From NCBI GenBank assembly GCA_027490055.1, contig JAIXYV010000063.1:1377-65376 (forward strand): DNA of 64,000 nucleotides. The letters are read 5' to 3'. Below the pieces are notes generated by a model. It had not been told where the DNA came from and made no database searches. It saw only the letters and a list, made by a program, of their open reading frames with translations. A program made the position numbers and the translations under genes. Below are positions 1 through 9,598 of this stretch, piece after piece; position 1 is the first letter of the stretch, and each line of letters starts with the position of its first letter. This DNA comes from Bacteroidota bacterium. GTDB lineage: Bacteria > Bacteroidota > Bacteroidia > NS11-12g > UBA955.

Positions 1-330
1 CATTTTGATGGCTGTCTCCAGTTCTTTTAGCGCATCATTGTATGCTTTCATAAAACACAATGACAAGCCTTTATAGAAATATACGGCTGCGTCAGTATAA
101 CCTCTTTTAATGGCTTTGTCGTAACATTCAATTGCTTTCTTGTCGTTTTCGAGTTGAAAGAAGGCAAAGCCAATCATGTACAATTCTTCGCCTGTTAACT
201 TATCTGATTTAGGCTCGAGTGCCACCAGTTCGGCGAATTTGCGATCATTGTAAAGTTCGGTAACAGTTTGCGCCTGAATAGTTGAACTTACTAAAAGACA
301 AAAAAGAAGGGTTAAAAGTGTTTTCATCAT
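1..330 (-). CDS. TPR-like repeat protein with signal peptide, 5' part only (gene continues past the window start)
   Basis: My own translation of the minus strand from the ATG at 330 gives MMKTLLTLLFCLLVSSTIQAQTVTELYNDRKF...AIECYDKAIKRGYTDAAVYFYKGLSLCFMKAYNDALKELETAIKM. It is open for all 110 codons to position 1. It is missing from the ORF track because no stop lies in the window. Confidence 0.6.
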   Translation of the reverse strand, partial: MMKTLLTLLFCLLVSSTIQAQTVTELYNDRKFAELVALEPKSDKLTGEELYMIGFAFFQLENDKKAIECYDKAIKRGYTDAAVYFYKGLSLCFMKAYNDALKELETAIKM

Positions 331-386
331 AATGGATATTTCAGTTCCGAAATATACTGATTATGCCTAAAATTAGGAAAATGAAA

Positions 387-1388
387 TTATTGTTTAAGGA
401 ACTCCAGCGTATTCACGCCATCTGCGTAGTCCCATAAATCAGGCATCTGGGCCATGCCGAATGGCAAAGCTCCTTTTATGGCATCGATATGCGATACGAT
501 GCATTGAAGTTCATCTTTGTGCTGTTCCAAATATGTTGAAGCTTCAGAAACCTCGTCGTAATAATGGTAGTTTAGAGTGGCAATCGGAGCATGTAAACCT
601 TCCTTCTCCTGAAACAACATAAAACCATTGTCGTAGTGCTTGGTCAGATTCATCAGCAAAATAGATTTATGGTACATGTAGTTGTTGTAGTATTTATGGT
701 GGTTGACAATGTCGATGTATTTATCGTATGCTTCGTATAGACGTTTTAACTCGAAGTTGCGGGGCAGCAGGAGATGGGTGACATTGCGACAACCTAAGCC
801 GTGGTAAGTATAGATATCATCAGCCAGCGCAACAAGTTCATCTTCGCTTTCATTGCCGTCGAGCACTGCCACTGAAGTTCGGTTTTTGCGAATGATACGA
901 GGAATGGCGCTAAAGTAATGTTCAAAATATCTGGCAGAATTGTTACTGCCTGTAGCGATTAGGAAATCGATGCCTTTCAGACTTTCTGTAAGGGTAATTC
1001 TTTCTGACAGTGCTGGTAAGGCCTGAATTAATATGAGAATGGCGTGACCCATTAATACTTCATCCTGAGAAGATAGTTTTACCATGGCAGAGTGACCACT
1101 GCCGAGCACAGATAACAAATCATGCAGTCCCACAAATGGAATATTACCCGCCATGATGATCCCCACTTTTTTAGAACCATCCCCTGGTTTAACATCCTTA
1201 AGCCACTGTGTAATTTTATCTGGTTGCAGCGCCACCGACCAGCCCTGAGCGGCTATTCGGGTATTCTCAGGCGTAAACCAGTTGTTTTTAATATGGGCAG
1301 TATCTATGATATGTTCAGGAATGAACTGCATAGAACGGCCAAGTTCTGCAAATGCTTCAGCTAGTTCGGATAATTGTATTGGATTCAA
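387..1388 (-). CDS. acyl-CoA reductase (LuxC-family-like)
   Basis: 333-aa ORF. The length and motifs (GIIMAGNIPFVGLHDLLSVLGSGH, LIATGSNNSARYFEHYF, HGLGCRNV) match the Bacteroidota proteins annotated as LuxC-type acyl-CoA reductase, from memory. Confidence 0.6.
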   Translation of the reverse strand: MNPIQLSELAEAFAELGRSMQFIPEHIIDTAHIKNNWFTPENTRIAAQGWSVALQPDKITQWLKDVKPGDGSKKVGIIMAGNIPFVGLHDLLSVLGSGHSAMVKLSSQDEVLMGHAILILIQALPALSERITLTESLKGIDFLIATGSNNSARYFEHYFSAIPRIIRKNRTSVAVLDGNESEDELVALADDIYTYHGLGCRNVTHLLLPRNFELKRLYEAYDKYIDIVNHHKYYNNYMYHKSILLMNLTKHYDNGFMLFQEKEGLHAPIATLNYHYYDEVSEASTYLEQHKDELQCIVSHIDAIKGALPFGMAQMPDLWDYADGVNTLEFLKQ

Positions 1389-1485
1389 GGTAACAAAATT
1401 AAAGATAATTTCGTTAAACTGATGAATGACATTTAGTGGGAAAAAAAATACCGGGAAAACAAAAAATAATTTTAGGTTTGTAGTG

Positions 1486-2196
1486 ATGTTAAAAACACGA
1501 TTGATCGTATTGACTTTAATTGCTTCTGCAAGTCAGTTATGTGCTCAGAAGGGTCTGAAATTCGGACCAGCAGCTAGCTTTTTGTCGTCGAGAACCTATG
1601 TGACGGACTCATTGCCTAACAATTTTAATTTCAGGTTTAAATCCGGGTTTTCAGGCGGACTTAGTGTACAATACGGTTTCACCGACAGATTTGTACTTGG
1701 AACAGGCGCCTCGTTTACCAGCAAAGGCTACAGAGTTTTTAATGATAGTAATAAGAATGGCAATCTGATAAAACACAATTTTAACAACATTGAAATACCG
1801 GTAAATGCTATTTTTAAACTGCGCGTTGGAGCAACTTCTAAAATGCGAGCTCTCATTGGTGGTACTTACAATTTAAGTTTAGATCAGTCGGGTAAGGTGC
1901 TAAAAAACAGTAACGGCACCTTTGTAATCAGCGAAAATTCGGTTAGTAAGTCGTACCCAATGCTAAACCTCGGTTTGGAAATAGCCAGCGAAAATAAAGG
2001 TGGCAATGTCTTGATTTTCGGCGTTTACTATAAGCAGGCATTCGCCAACAAAACCGAACTTTCGGTATACAATAGCAGCGATCTGACAAAACAACGCAAC
2101 TTCTCTCTGGGCTACAGAGGCTCTTATATCGGAATTGGTTTCTCTTACCTTTTTGATACTAAAAATCTTAAAAAGTCAGAAGAATTCTTCTATTAA
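1486..2196 (+). CDS. outer-membrane beta-barrel protein (porin-family domain)
   Basis: The ORF track gives 1426..2196. I prefer the internal ATG at 1486, which yields the signal peptide MLKTRLIVLTLIASASQLCAQ. The sequence has an alternating hydrophobic pattern and a C-terminal ...IGFSYLF-type strand. Confidence 0.55.
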   Translation: MLKTRLIVLTLIASASQLCAQKGLKFGPAASFLSSRTYVTDSLPNNFNFRFKSGFSGGLSVQYGFTDRFVLGTGASFTSKGYRVFNDSNKNGNLIKHNFNNIEIPVNAIFKLRVGATSKMRALIGGTYNLSLDQSGKVLKNSNGTFVISENSVSKSYPMLNLGLEIASENKGGNVLIFGVYYKQAFANKTELSVYNSSDLTKQRNFSLGYRGSYIGIGFSYLFDTKNLKKSEEFFY

Positions 2197-2422
2197 TCGA
2201 CCAGTAACTCAACTGGATTTTCGTAAGCACTTGCTTTTCTTTTGGTTTCTGTAAATATTTTACTCTTGTCGGATTTGTTTCATTATTAATGATAATCAAT
2301 GACTTATGATTGATTTGAGATAAAAATTGCCCTAATTTCGACTTTTAAAGCATGGAACTTGGGTAATATAAAATTGATTTATACATGACAATTTCTTATT
2401 TTTTATTTAAATCCAACTTAGT

Positions 2423-2430
2423 TACATTTG
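2423..2430 (+). promoter_or_regulatory. Bacteroidota sigma-A -7 box TACATTTG upstream of the decarboxylase gene
   Basis: Exact match to TAnnTTTG, 37 nt upstream of the ATG at 2468. Confidence 0.35.
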
Positions 2431-2467
2431 CATATAAAATGAGAAGTAACTCATTTGCATTAAAAAA

Positions 2468-3862
2468 ATGAAAGATAAGTATATAGATTTAATTGACCAG
2501 ACTTTTGATTTTCCGGTAGACGAGTTCAACCTGAATGATCGCAGTGAATTAACCTTCCATAGTATTCCACTGATGGATCTTGTAGAGCAATATGGTACGC
2601 CATTGAAGTTTACTTACCTGCCAAAAATCTCTGAAAATATTAAGAAAGCTCGTACCTGGTTCAATGTGGCCATGGCTAAGGTAGACTACAAAGCTAAGTA
2701 CCATTACTGTTACTGCACCAAAAGCTCTCACTTCAGTCATGTACTTGAAGAGGTATTAAGAAATGAGGTACACCTGGAGACTTCGTCTGGTTTCGATATC
2801 AATTTGATCTTATCTTTATTTGAACAGGGATTGATCAGTAAAGACAAGTATATTGTTTGCAATGGCTTCAAATTGCAATCTTACATCGACAATATTGCTA
2901 TGATTATTAATATGGGTTTCCACAATGTAATCCCGGTAATCGACAATATGAGAGAGATAGATTTGTTGTCTGAAGCGGTAGAAGGTGAGTTCAATGTAGG
3001 TTTGCGCATTGCCGCTGAGGAAGAACCTAAGTTCCCATTCTATACATCGCGTTTAGGCATAGGTTATAAAGACATCGTGCCAATGTACAACGAGAAGATT
3101 GCAGGCAATAAAAAGATGAACCTTAAAATGCTGCACTTCTTCATCAATACGGGTATCGAGGATGATGCCTACTATTGGAATGAATTGCACAAATGTTTAA
3201 GTGTATACTGCGAATTGAAAAAAATCTGTCCAACTCTGGATAGTTTGAATATTGGTGGTGGTTTCCCGATTAAGAACTCATTGAAGTTTGATTTCGATTA
3301 CGAGTACATGGCGTCTGAGATTGTAGCACAGGTAAAACAAGTTTGCGACAGTCACCAGGTTCCAGAACCAGACATCTTCACCGAGTTCGGTTCATTTACA
3401 GTAGGAGAGAGCGGTGGTGCTATTTTTAAGATTGAACATCAGAAAGTGCAAAACGATCGTGAAAAGTGGAACATGATTGACAGTAGTTTCATGACGACCT
3501 TGCCAGATTCATGGGCCATTAATAAGAAATTCATCATGTTCCCGCTCAACAACTGGGAGAAAACGTATGAGAGAGTATTGTTAGGGGGTATTACTTGCGA
3601 CAGCGACGATTACTACAACAGTGAGCAGCATGCCAATGCTATCTATTTACCTGTATACGATCCAACTGATCCTTTATACATTGGGTATTTCCACACAGGG
3701 GCCTATCAGGAGAGCATTGGAGGTTACGGTGGAATTCAGCACTGTCTTACACCTGCGCCAAAGCATATCATTATCTCTGTCGACGAGAACGGCGATTACA
3801 ATACCAAGTTGTTCTCAAAAGAACAGACGTATAAGAGCATGTTAAAAACCCTGGGGTATTAG
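2468..3862 (+). CDS. speA: arginine decarboxylase (type III PLP-dependent, short Bacteroidota form)
   Basis: 464 aa. It has the alanine-racemase-fold decarboxylase motifs NIGGGFP and GGITCDSDDYY (SpeA-like CDSD motif). The N-terminal part resembles Orn/DAP/Arg decarboxylases. Confidence 0.7.
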   Translation: MKDKYIDLIDQTFDFPVDEFNLNDRSELTFHSIPLMDLVEQYGTPLKFTYLPKISENIKKARTWFNVAMAKVDYKAKYHYCYCTKSSHFSHVLEEVLRNEVHLETSSGFDINLILSLFEQGLISKDKYIVCNGFKLQSYIDNIAMIINMGFHNVIPVIDNMREIDLLSEAVEGEFNVGLRIAAEEEPKFPFYTSRLGIGYKDIVPMYNEKIAGNKKMNLKMLHFFINTGIEDDAYYWNELHKCLSVYCELKKICPTLDSLNIGGGFPIKNSLKFDFDYEYMASEIVAQVKQVCDSHQVPEPDIFTEFGSFTVGESGGAIFKIEHQKVQNDREKWNMIDSSFMTTLPDSWAINKKFIMFPLNNWEKTYERVLLGGITCDSDDYYNSEQHANAIYLPVYDPTDPLYIGYFHTGAYQESIGGYGGIQHCLTPAPKHIIISVDENGDYNTKLFSKEQTYKSMLKTLGY

Positions 3863-4185
3863 GCCTGACCGGTCATACCCCCGAAATTCATCGGAAAGCC
3901 GGGGTTGCCGTTACCGCTGTCAATATCAACTTCACCGAAGTTGCTTTCAAACTTATTCATGTTATCACCAAGCGCGAACAGTAAGCGTTTAGCATGCTGA
4001 GGCGTCATGATAATGCGACTTTTAACTTTGCCTTTTGGGATGCCTGGTAGAATGCGGACAAAGTCGATGATAAATTCAGCCTGACTATGGGTAATGATGG
4101 CTAAATTGCTGTATGTACCTTCTGCTACTTCTTCAGATAATTCGATATCTATAGGTTGTTCGATGATTTCGTTTTTGTTACTCAT
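3859..4185 (-). CDS. DUF3467-like small protein
   Basis: The ORF track gives 3859..4281. The internal ATG at 4185 gives MSNKNEIIEQPIDIELSEEVAEGTYSNLAIITHSQAEFIIDFV..., which is the typical DUF3467 start and length (~108 aa). The longer form would overlap the divergent gene that starts at 4273. Confidence 0.55.
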   Translation of the reverse strand: MSNKNEIIEQPIDIELSEEVAEGTYSNLAIITHSQAEFIIDFVRILPGIPKGKVKSRIIMTPQHAKRLLFALGDNMNKFESNFGEVDIDSGNGNPGFPMNFGGMTGQA

Positions 4186-4272
4186 GATGTTTCTTGCCTC
4201 AAATATAAACGGATTTATTTGAATATTGCCATTAATTCTCTGTAATTTTGCCTCATTAATACCAGACATTTT

Positions 4273-4638
4273 ATGAAACATTTTTTAATTATCGCACTTT
4301 TTTTAACCGCAGTTTCTTGTAACAATACGCCAGCTGCAGGCACATTCGGAGAGAAGTTTGAAAATGCAGGAGCGCAAGATTTTAAAACAGCACTCTCATC
4401 ATACAATAGTGGTAAAGATACCACTTATGTCATCAATGGTACCATCGATAATGTTTGTTCACACTCAGGCTGCTGGATTAGTTTTAAAAATGATTCTGCA
4501 GATTTCTATGTCAATACCAACGAAAAATTTACCATGCCTAAAGATAGTAAAGGTAAGAAAGCAACTGCAAAAGGTAAGTTTGTAAAAGACGAAGAAGGTA
4601 CCGTGAGCTTCGAGCCAAGCGGTGTGATTATCGAGTAA
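4273..4638 (+). CDS. DUF4920-like lipoprotein
   Basis: 121 aa with lipoprotein signal LFLTAVSC. The motif VCSHSGCW is typical of DUF4920 family members, from memory. Confidence 0.55.
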   Translation: MKHFLIIALFLTAVSCNNTPAAGTFGEKFENAGAQDFKTALSSYNSGKDTTYVINGTIDNVCSHSGCWISFKNDSADFYVNTNEKFTMPKDSKGKKATAKGKFVKDEEGTVSFEPSGVIIE

Positions 4639-5677
4639 CTTTATCCGATTTCTTTAGCGTAAACCCAAAGGTAGTGCCTTTCCCAATGGTACTGCGAACA
4701 TTAATGGTTTGCTGGTGAGCTTCTATAATGTGTTTCACAATAGACAAGCCTAAGCCAGTGCCACCGCTGTTGCGAGAGCGACTCTTGTCGGTTCTGTAAA
4801 ATCTTTCGAATAAACGCGGTAAGTGTTCCGGTTCTATGCCGTCGCCATCGTCAGAAACTTCTATCAGATATTGATCATCCATATCATAGAATCCGACATT
4901 GGTTGTTCCGTTTTCGTTGCCATAGGATATAGAGTTTCCGATCAAATTGTTTAACACTTGTCTGACTCTGTCTTTATCTGCCATAACCCAGAAAGGCTCA
5001 TCACAACCTTCTTTTATCTTTAGTTTGATCTGTTTATCGCTGGCAGGTTTGCTATAAGAATCGAAAACTTCTTTACACAATTCGCAGATGTCGAAGTCTC
5101 TTATATTCAAACGCAATGAACCACTTTCCATTTTACTGATATCTAATAAATCATTTACCAGAGTATTTAAGCGTTCGGCGCTGCTGGCGGCTTTTCTTAA
5201 GAACTTTTCCTTTACCTCATCATCGTTCATCGCACCGTCGAGTAAAGTCTCAATATAGCCCTGAATATTAAAGATAGGTGTCTTTAGCTCGTGAGAGACA
5301 TTGCCCAGAAAATCTTTTCTGAATTCTTCGGCCGCTTTCAACTGAGAGATTTCTCTTTTCTGGTCATTGGCCCATTCTAATACCTCTTCATTAACACGCT
5401 TAATCGGATCAAGATTGTAATTGTCGATGTAGTTTGGCGCTTTAATAGAGCTGGTTTTGAAATGGTGAATCGTTTTATAGATCAGTTTAATCTTTCGATA
5501 AATGAAGAGTTCTAATCCGAAAAGAATTACAATAAAAGTTAGGGTGCCAAATGTGAATAGGGCTATGAGGAAAGCGAGGAGAGGGATTTTGAAATAGAGA
5601 AGAACACTCGAAAAAATGAGGGAAAGAACCAGGGTGGTTAGTAGACTTATTTTCTCAGGTGTTGGGTTTCTTATCAC
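4628..5677 (-). CDS. sensor histidine kinase (PhoR/EnvZ-like HisKA + HATPase_c)
   Basis: 349 aa with two N-terminal TM helices, H-box FLGNVSHELKTP, N-box NLIGNSISY and G-boxes DDGDGI and GGTGLGLSIV. It overlaps the upstream response-regulator gene by 4 nt. Confidence 0.85.
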   Translation of the reverse strand: MIRNPTPEKISLLTTLVLSLIFSSVLLYFKIPLLAFLIALFTFGTLTFIVILFGLELFIYRKIKLIYKTIHHFKTSSIKAPNYIDNYNLDPIKRVNEEVLEWANDQKREISQLKAAEEFRKDFLGNVSHELKTPIFNIQGYIETLLDGAMNDDEVKEKFLRKAASSAERLNTLVNDLLDISKMESGSLRLNIRDFDICELCKEVFDSYSKPASDKQIKLKIKEGCDEPFWVMADKDRVRQVLNNLIGNSISYGNENGTTNVGFYDMDDQYLIEVSDDGDGIEPEHLPRLFERFYRTDKSRSRNSGGTGLGLSIVKHIIEAHQQTINVRSTIGKGTTFGFTLKKSDKVTR

Positions 5678-6360
5678 ACTTCAAATTTATAACCTACGCC
5701 TTTAATTGTCTGAATAAAATTATCATCCAGTTTTTCACGAATTTTACGAATGTGGACATCGATGGTTCTGTCAACCACTAAAACATCGTCTCCCCAGATA
5801 GATTCTAAGATCTGTTCGCGGGTAAATACTTTACCTGGTTTGCTGGCCAATAAAGATAGTAATTCGAATTCCTTCTTAGGGAATTGTAATACTTTGCCCA
5901 AATAGGTGACGCTAAAACTCTCGCGGTCGATTTTCAAATCTGGAAATACCATTGTCTCTGAAGTCGGACCCTCGGCAGTGTTTCTTCTGAGGATAGCTTT
6001 TAAACGAGAAATAAGTACTCTTGGTTTGATAGGTTTAATAATATAATCATCTGCGCCTGCTTCGAAACCAGCTAACTCGCTGAACTCTTCGCCTCTGGCA
6101 GTTAGGAAAATCAGTGGGATATTCTTAAGTTGTGAAATCGACTTGATTTGTCTGCATGCTTCGATGCCATCCATTTCAGGCATCATTACATCCATTAAAA
6201 TAATATCGGGTTTTATTTTAGTGGCAATATTGATGGCTTCTTTGCCATTCATTGCAGCTACTACAGTGAAGTTTTCTTTTTTCAGATTGTAGCTTAACAG
6301 CTCAATGATATCGATTTCATCATCAACGATTAAGATTTTGTAAGATGAATGTGAACTCAT
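5674..6360 (-). CDS. OmpR/PhoB-family response regulator
   Basis: 228 aa. Receiver domain (ILIVDDE...DIILMDVMMPEMDG...KP) plus a winged-helix C-terminus (...TIKGVGYKFEV). Confidence 0.9.
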   Translation of the reverse strand: MSSHSSYKILIVDDEIDIIELLSYNLKKENFTVVAAMNGKEAINIATKIKPDIILMDVMMPEMDGIEACRQIKSISQLKNIPLIFLTARGEEFSELAGFEAGADDYIIKPIKPRVLISRLKAILRRNTAEGPTSETMVFPDLKIDRESFSVTYLGKVLQFPKKEFELLSLLASKPGKVFTREQILESIWGDDVLVVDRTIDVHIRKIREKLDDNFIQTIKGVGYKFEV

Positions 6361-6425
6361 AAATTTAATGGTTCAAAATTGCTCATTAAAACTGAAATTA
6401 CAATTACCGATGTGTTAAATTATCA

Positions 6426-7622
6426 TTACTGGAACAATTCTTCTAATTTTTTCTCAAGCTCTTCGCCTCTTAGATTCTTAGCAATCACTTTTCCGTTCTT
6501 GTCAATCAACACCGTCGCAGGAATTCCGGTAACTTTATACACCTTTGCCGGCGCACAACTCCAATATTTTAAATCGCTAACATGCTTCCAGTCGAGGCCC
6601 AGGCTACTAATAGAGTTTACCCAGGATGATTTGTCTTTATCTAAAGATACGCCGTAAATTTCGAAACCTTTGTCTTTGTATTTTGCGTAAACTTTTTTCA
6701 CATTCGGGAACTCCGCACGACAAGGTCCGCACCAGCTGGCCCAGAAATCAATTAATACCACTTTGCCTCTCAGTGAAGACAATTTAAGGTTGGTGCCATT
6801 CGGTTGAGGTAAGTCGATATCCGGTGCCATTTCACCAATCTCTACGCCTTTCTTTGCATCGTATAAAGCTTTGAGTTCTTTGTAATAGACACTGCTGGTT
6901 TCTTTAGGTTCCATTTTGGTGTAAATGGCTTTTATTTGCGAAGGCTCCTGGTCTTCAGTAAAATTAAACAATACAAAGTACGACTCTAATGGCGATCTGA
7001 ACAGTATCATCGAATCGATTGATGATTGTAATTCTTGTTGCTTCATGCCAGCGTACATCTGTAGGGTATATGATTTCATCGGATCCTGCTCGTTAGCAAT
7101 TTCTTTTTCGAAATTGCTGAGTTCGCCGTTTAAGCGCGAGAAGCGTTTCAGGAAATTGTAGATGTTAACAGATTTATCTGAATTAACGCCACTTAAATCG
7201 TAGTTTAATCCATTCAGGTTAGTATGAATAACCAGGTTGAAATTAGAACCATTTTCAACAACCAGTGGCACAGCAGTGGTTGTTGAATACTGAACATATA
7301 CAATGCTGTTATTAGGAAGTGTCTTGTTAAACATAAAACCACCCGTATCATTAGTGAAAACAGAATCTAGAAAAGTAGATTTGTTAGACTGATACTGGTA
7401 CAAGCGGATCTGGTAATTAGGATATCCTTCTAACTTGCCATTGATGACAAAATTACATTTAGTCGCGGGCGCTTTGGAACCAGCTTTTGCCACTGCATCA
7501 GGTTTTTTGGCACTTACTGCAGACTTCTCACTGCCTGATTTTCCTTTAGGTTTAGGCTTGGTTTGCGCACTGGCAATAAACAGAACAACAATAGCAATAC
7601 TTAGTGAAAGATATTTATACAT
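6426..7622 (-). CDS. TlpA-family thiol:disulfide oxidoreductase with N-terminal extension
   Basis: 398 aa with a signal peptide. The C-terminal thioredoxin fold carries the FWASWCGPCRAEFP active site. Confidence 0.8.
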   Translation of the reverse strand: MYKYLSLSIAIVVLFIASAQTKPKPKGKSGSEKSAVSAKKPDAVAKAGSKAPATKCNFVINGKLEGYPNYQIRLYQYQSNKSTFLDSVFTNDTGGFMFNKTLPNNSIVYVQYSTTTAVPLVVENGSNFNLVIHTNLNGLNYDLSGVNSDKSVNIYNFLKRFSRLNGELSNFEKEIANEQDPMKSYTLQMYAGMKQQELQSSIDSMILFRSPLESYFVLFNFTEDQEPSQIKAIYTKMEPKETSSVYYKELKALYDAKKGVEIGEMAPDIDLPQPNGTNLKLSSLRGKVVLIDFWASWCGPCRAEFPNVKKVYAKYKDKGFEIYGVSLDKDKSSWVNSISSLGLDWKHVSDLKYWSCAPAKVYKVTGIPATVLIDKNGKVIAKNLRGEELEKKLEELFQ

Positions 7623-7643
7623 TATGCAAATTTAACGATTTTT

Positions 7644-8141
7644 TTACTGAATTATTTGAAGGATCTCGTTTTCAAGAAGACGAAGTTTTTCGGTATTAGG
7701 TTGTATGAGCAAGCCTTTAACACCTGCTTTTTCTGCCGCTTTTATGTCCCTGTCGGTATCACCGATCATTAGACATTTTTGAGGGTCTAGCTGATGTTTG
7801 GCAATGGCTTTCTCCAGCATCAGACTGTCGGGCTTACGGCATAAACACTTGCCTTTTATTGGGTGGTGCGGACAGAAGTAAATATCATCAATCGATGTGC
7901 CCGCTTCGGTGCATGCATCAATTAATACCTGATGAAACGAAGCTAATTCTTCGGCCGTGTAAAGTTCTTTATCGATGCCACCCTGATTGGTTACTATTAT
8001 CACTTTAAAGCCATGTGATTTGGCCAGTTGAATACAGGCTACGCTGTCTGACAAAACTTCAAAATCTTCTTTTTTGCAGACATAATCCCCGATTTCTCGG
8101 TTCAAAACCCCATCTCTATCGAAAAAAATCGCTCTTTGCAT
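7644..8141 (-). CDS. gmhB: D,D-heptose 1,7-bisphosphate phosphatase-like HAD-IIIA hydrolase
   Basis: 165 aa. HAD motif I FFDRDGVLN, then IVTNQ, then the zinc-finger-like CPHHP...C.CRKP and GDTDRD. Confidence 0.7.
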   Translation of the reverse strand: MQRAIFFDRDGVLNREIGDYVCKKEDFEVLSDSVACIQLAKSHGFKVIIVTNQGGIDKELYTAEELASFHQVLIDACTEAGTSIDDIYFCPHHPIKGKCLCRKPDSLMLEKAIAKHQLDPQKCLMIGDTDRDIKAAEKAGVKGLLIQPNTEKLRLLENEILQIIQ

Positions 8142-8178
8142 CCAATCTCATTTTTAAAGCTACAAATAAAGTGCTAAT

Positions 8179-8940
8179 TTGCACCGTTTTTATATAAATT
8201 TTTTTGATTTGTCCAATTACATCGTCATAATACCGACTTACAACGAAAGAGAAAATGCTGAAGCCATTATCCGCAAAGTGATGTCTTTGCAACCAGCCTT
8301 TGATGTGCTGATTGTAGATGATAATTCTCCGGACGGTACTGCCGATATCGTGAAACATCTTCAAAAAGAATTTACTGATCGCCTGCACATTCTCGAAAGA
8401 ACCGAAAAGAACGGTTTGGGTACCGCCTATATCGCAGGATTTAAATGGTGCCTCGCCAGACATTACCAGTATATCTTCGAGATGGATGCCGATTTCTCTC
8501 ACAATCCTGAAGATCTCCCTCGCTTGCTTCATGCCTGCGAAACGGAAGGCGCTGGGCTGGCCGTTGGCTCTCGTTATATTACCGGAGTGAACGTAGTAAA
8601 CTGGCCAATGAGTCGTGTTATCATGAGCTATTACGCCAGTGTTTATGTGCGTTTTATTACGGGCATGACCATTAGAGATGCCACCGCTGGTTTCGTTTGC
8701 TATACCCGTCAGACGCTTGAAGCCATCAACCTGGACAAAATTAAGTTTAAAGGCTATGCCTTTCAGATAGAAATGAAATTTAAAGCCTTCCTGAAGCATA
8801 TTAAAATTCTGGAAGTGCCAATCATCTTTACCGACCGTACTTTGGGAACTTCTAAAATGAGTAAGAAGATTTTCAGAGAGGCTTTCTTTGGTGTGATAGA
8901 ATTAAAGATAAATAGCTGGTTCAGAAAAAATGGCGCATAA
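8179..8940 (+). CDS. family-2 glycosyltransferase, polyprenol/dolichol-phosphate mannosyltransferase-like
   Basis: Motifs IVIIPTYNERENA, VDDNSPDGT and FEMDADFSH. No ATG lies upstream of the conserved IIPTYNE motif, so the start must be the TTG at 8179 or at 8209 and is uncertain. Confidence 0.8.
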   Translation: MHRFYINFFDLSNYIVIIPTYNERENAEAIIRKVMSLQPAFDVLIVDDNSPDGTADIVKHLQKEFTDRLHILERTEKNGLGTAYIAGFKWCLARHYQYIFEMDADFSHNPEDLPRLLHACETEGAGLAVGSRYITGVNVVNWPMSRVIMSYYASVYVRFITGMTIRDATAGFVCYTRQTLEAINLDKIKFKGYAFQIEMKFKAFLKHIKILEVPIIFTDRTLGTSKMSKKIFREAFFGVIELKINSWFRKNGA

Positions 8941-9574
8941 CGACGACATAGCAGCCCTGCGCATGGATTACCGCAAGGCCGAGCTTCTTGAAAAAGATGC
9001 CGACCCTAATCCTATTCACCAGTTCAGACTCTGGTTCGATAATGCCATGATGGCTGAAATTCCTGAACCTAATGCCATGTGCCTTAGCACTGTTTATGGC
9101 GATAAGCCCGATAGCAGAATTGTGCTTCTAAAAGCCATTAAGGAAGAAGGTTTCGTTTTCTTTACCAATTACCACAGCAGCAAGGGTATTCAGATTGAAG
9201 CCAATCCCAACGTGGCATTAAATATTGTCTGGCTCGAACTGGAAAGACAGATTCGAATCAATGGTGTCATCTCTAAAATCTCTGCCGAGGAAAGTGACCA
9301 TTATTTTTACTCCCGTCCACTTGAAAGTCAGATCGGTGCCATTGTCAGCACTCAGAGTGAACGTTTGTCTTCAAGAGAAGCGCTTGAGCAAGCGATGGCT
9401 GATGCTTTGGAAAAATATAAAACTGAAAGTCCTGTGCGACCAGCACACTGGGGTGGTTATATTGTTAAACCTGTTGAGATAGAATTCTGGCAGGGCAGAA
9501 CCAGCAGACTGCACGATCGTCTGCAGTATCAGTTAATTAACGGTCAATGGGAAATTGTCCGTTTGTATCCTTAA
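8930..9574 (+). CDS. pdxH: pyridoxamine 5'-phosphate oxidase
   Basis: 214 aa. Motifs RIVLLK, FFTNY.S.KG and the C-terminal EFWQGR.SRLHDR...W...RLYP. It overlaps the upstream GT2 gene by 11 nt. Confidence 0.9.
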   Translation: MAHNDDIAALRMDYRKAELLEKDADPNPIHQFRLWFDNAMMAEIPEPNAMCLSTVYGDKPDSRIVLLKAIKEEGFVFFTNYHSSKGIQIEANPNVALNIVWLELERQIRINGVISKISAEESDHYFYSRPLESQIGAIVSTQSERLSSREALEQAMADALEKYKTESPVRPAHWGGYIVKPVEIEFWQGRTSRLHDRLQYQLINGQWEIVRLYP

Positions 9575-9598
9575 AATTTTTGTTATCAGAACGGCTTA

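Noticed and set aside
8116-8799. Long antisense ORFs inside well-supported genes: 8116-8799 opposite the GT2 gene, 21920-22525 opposite ABC-F, 24584-25294 opposite porX, and 46982-47377 and 47978-48286 opposite relA.
   Set aside because: Each lies entirely within and antisense to a gene with clear family motifs. Their translations are low-complexity or odd in composition with no recognisable motifs. Long stop-free antisense frames are a common by-product of codon bias.
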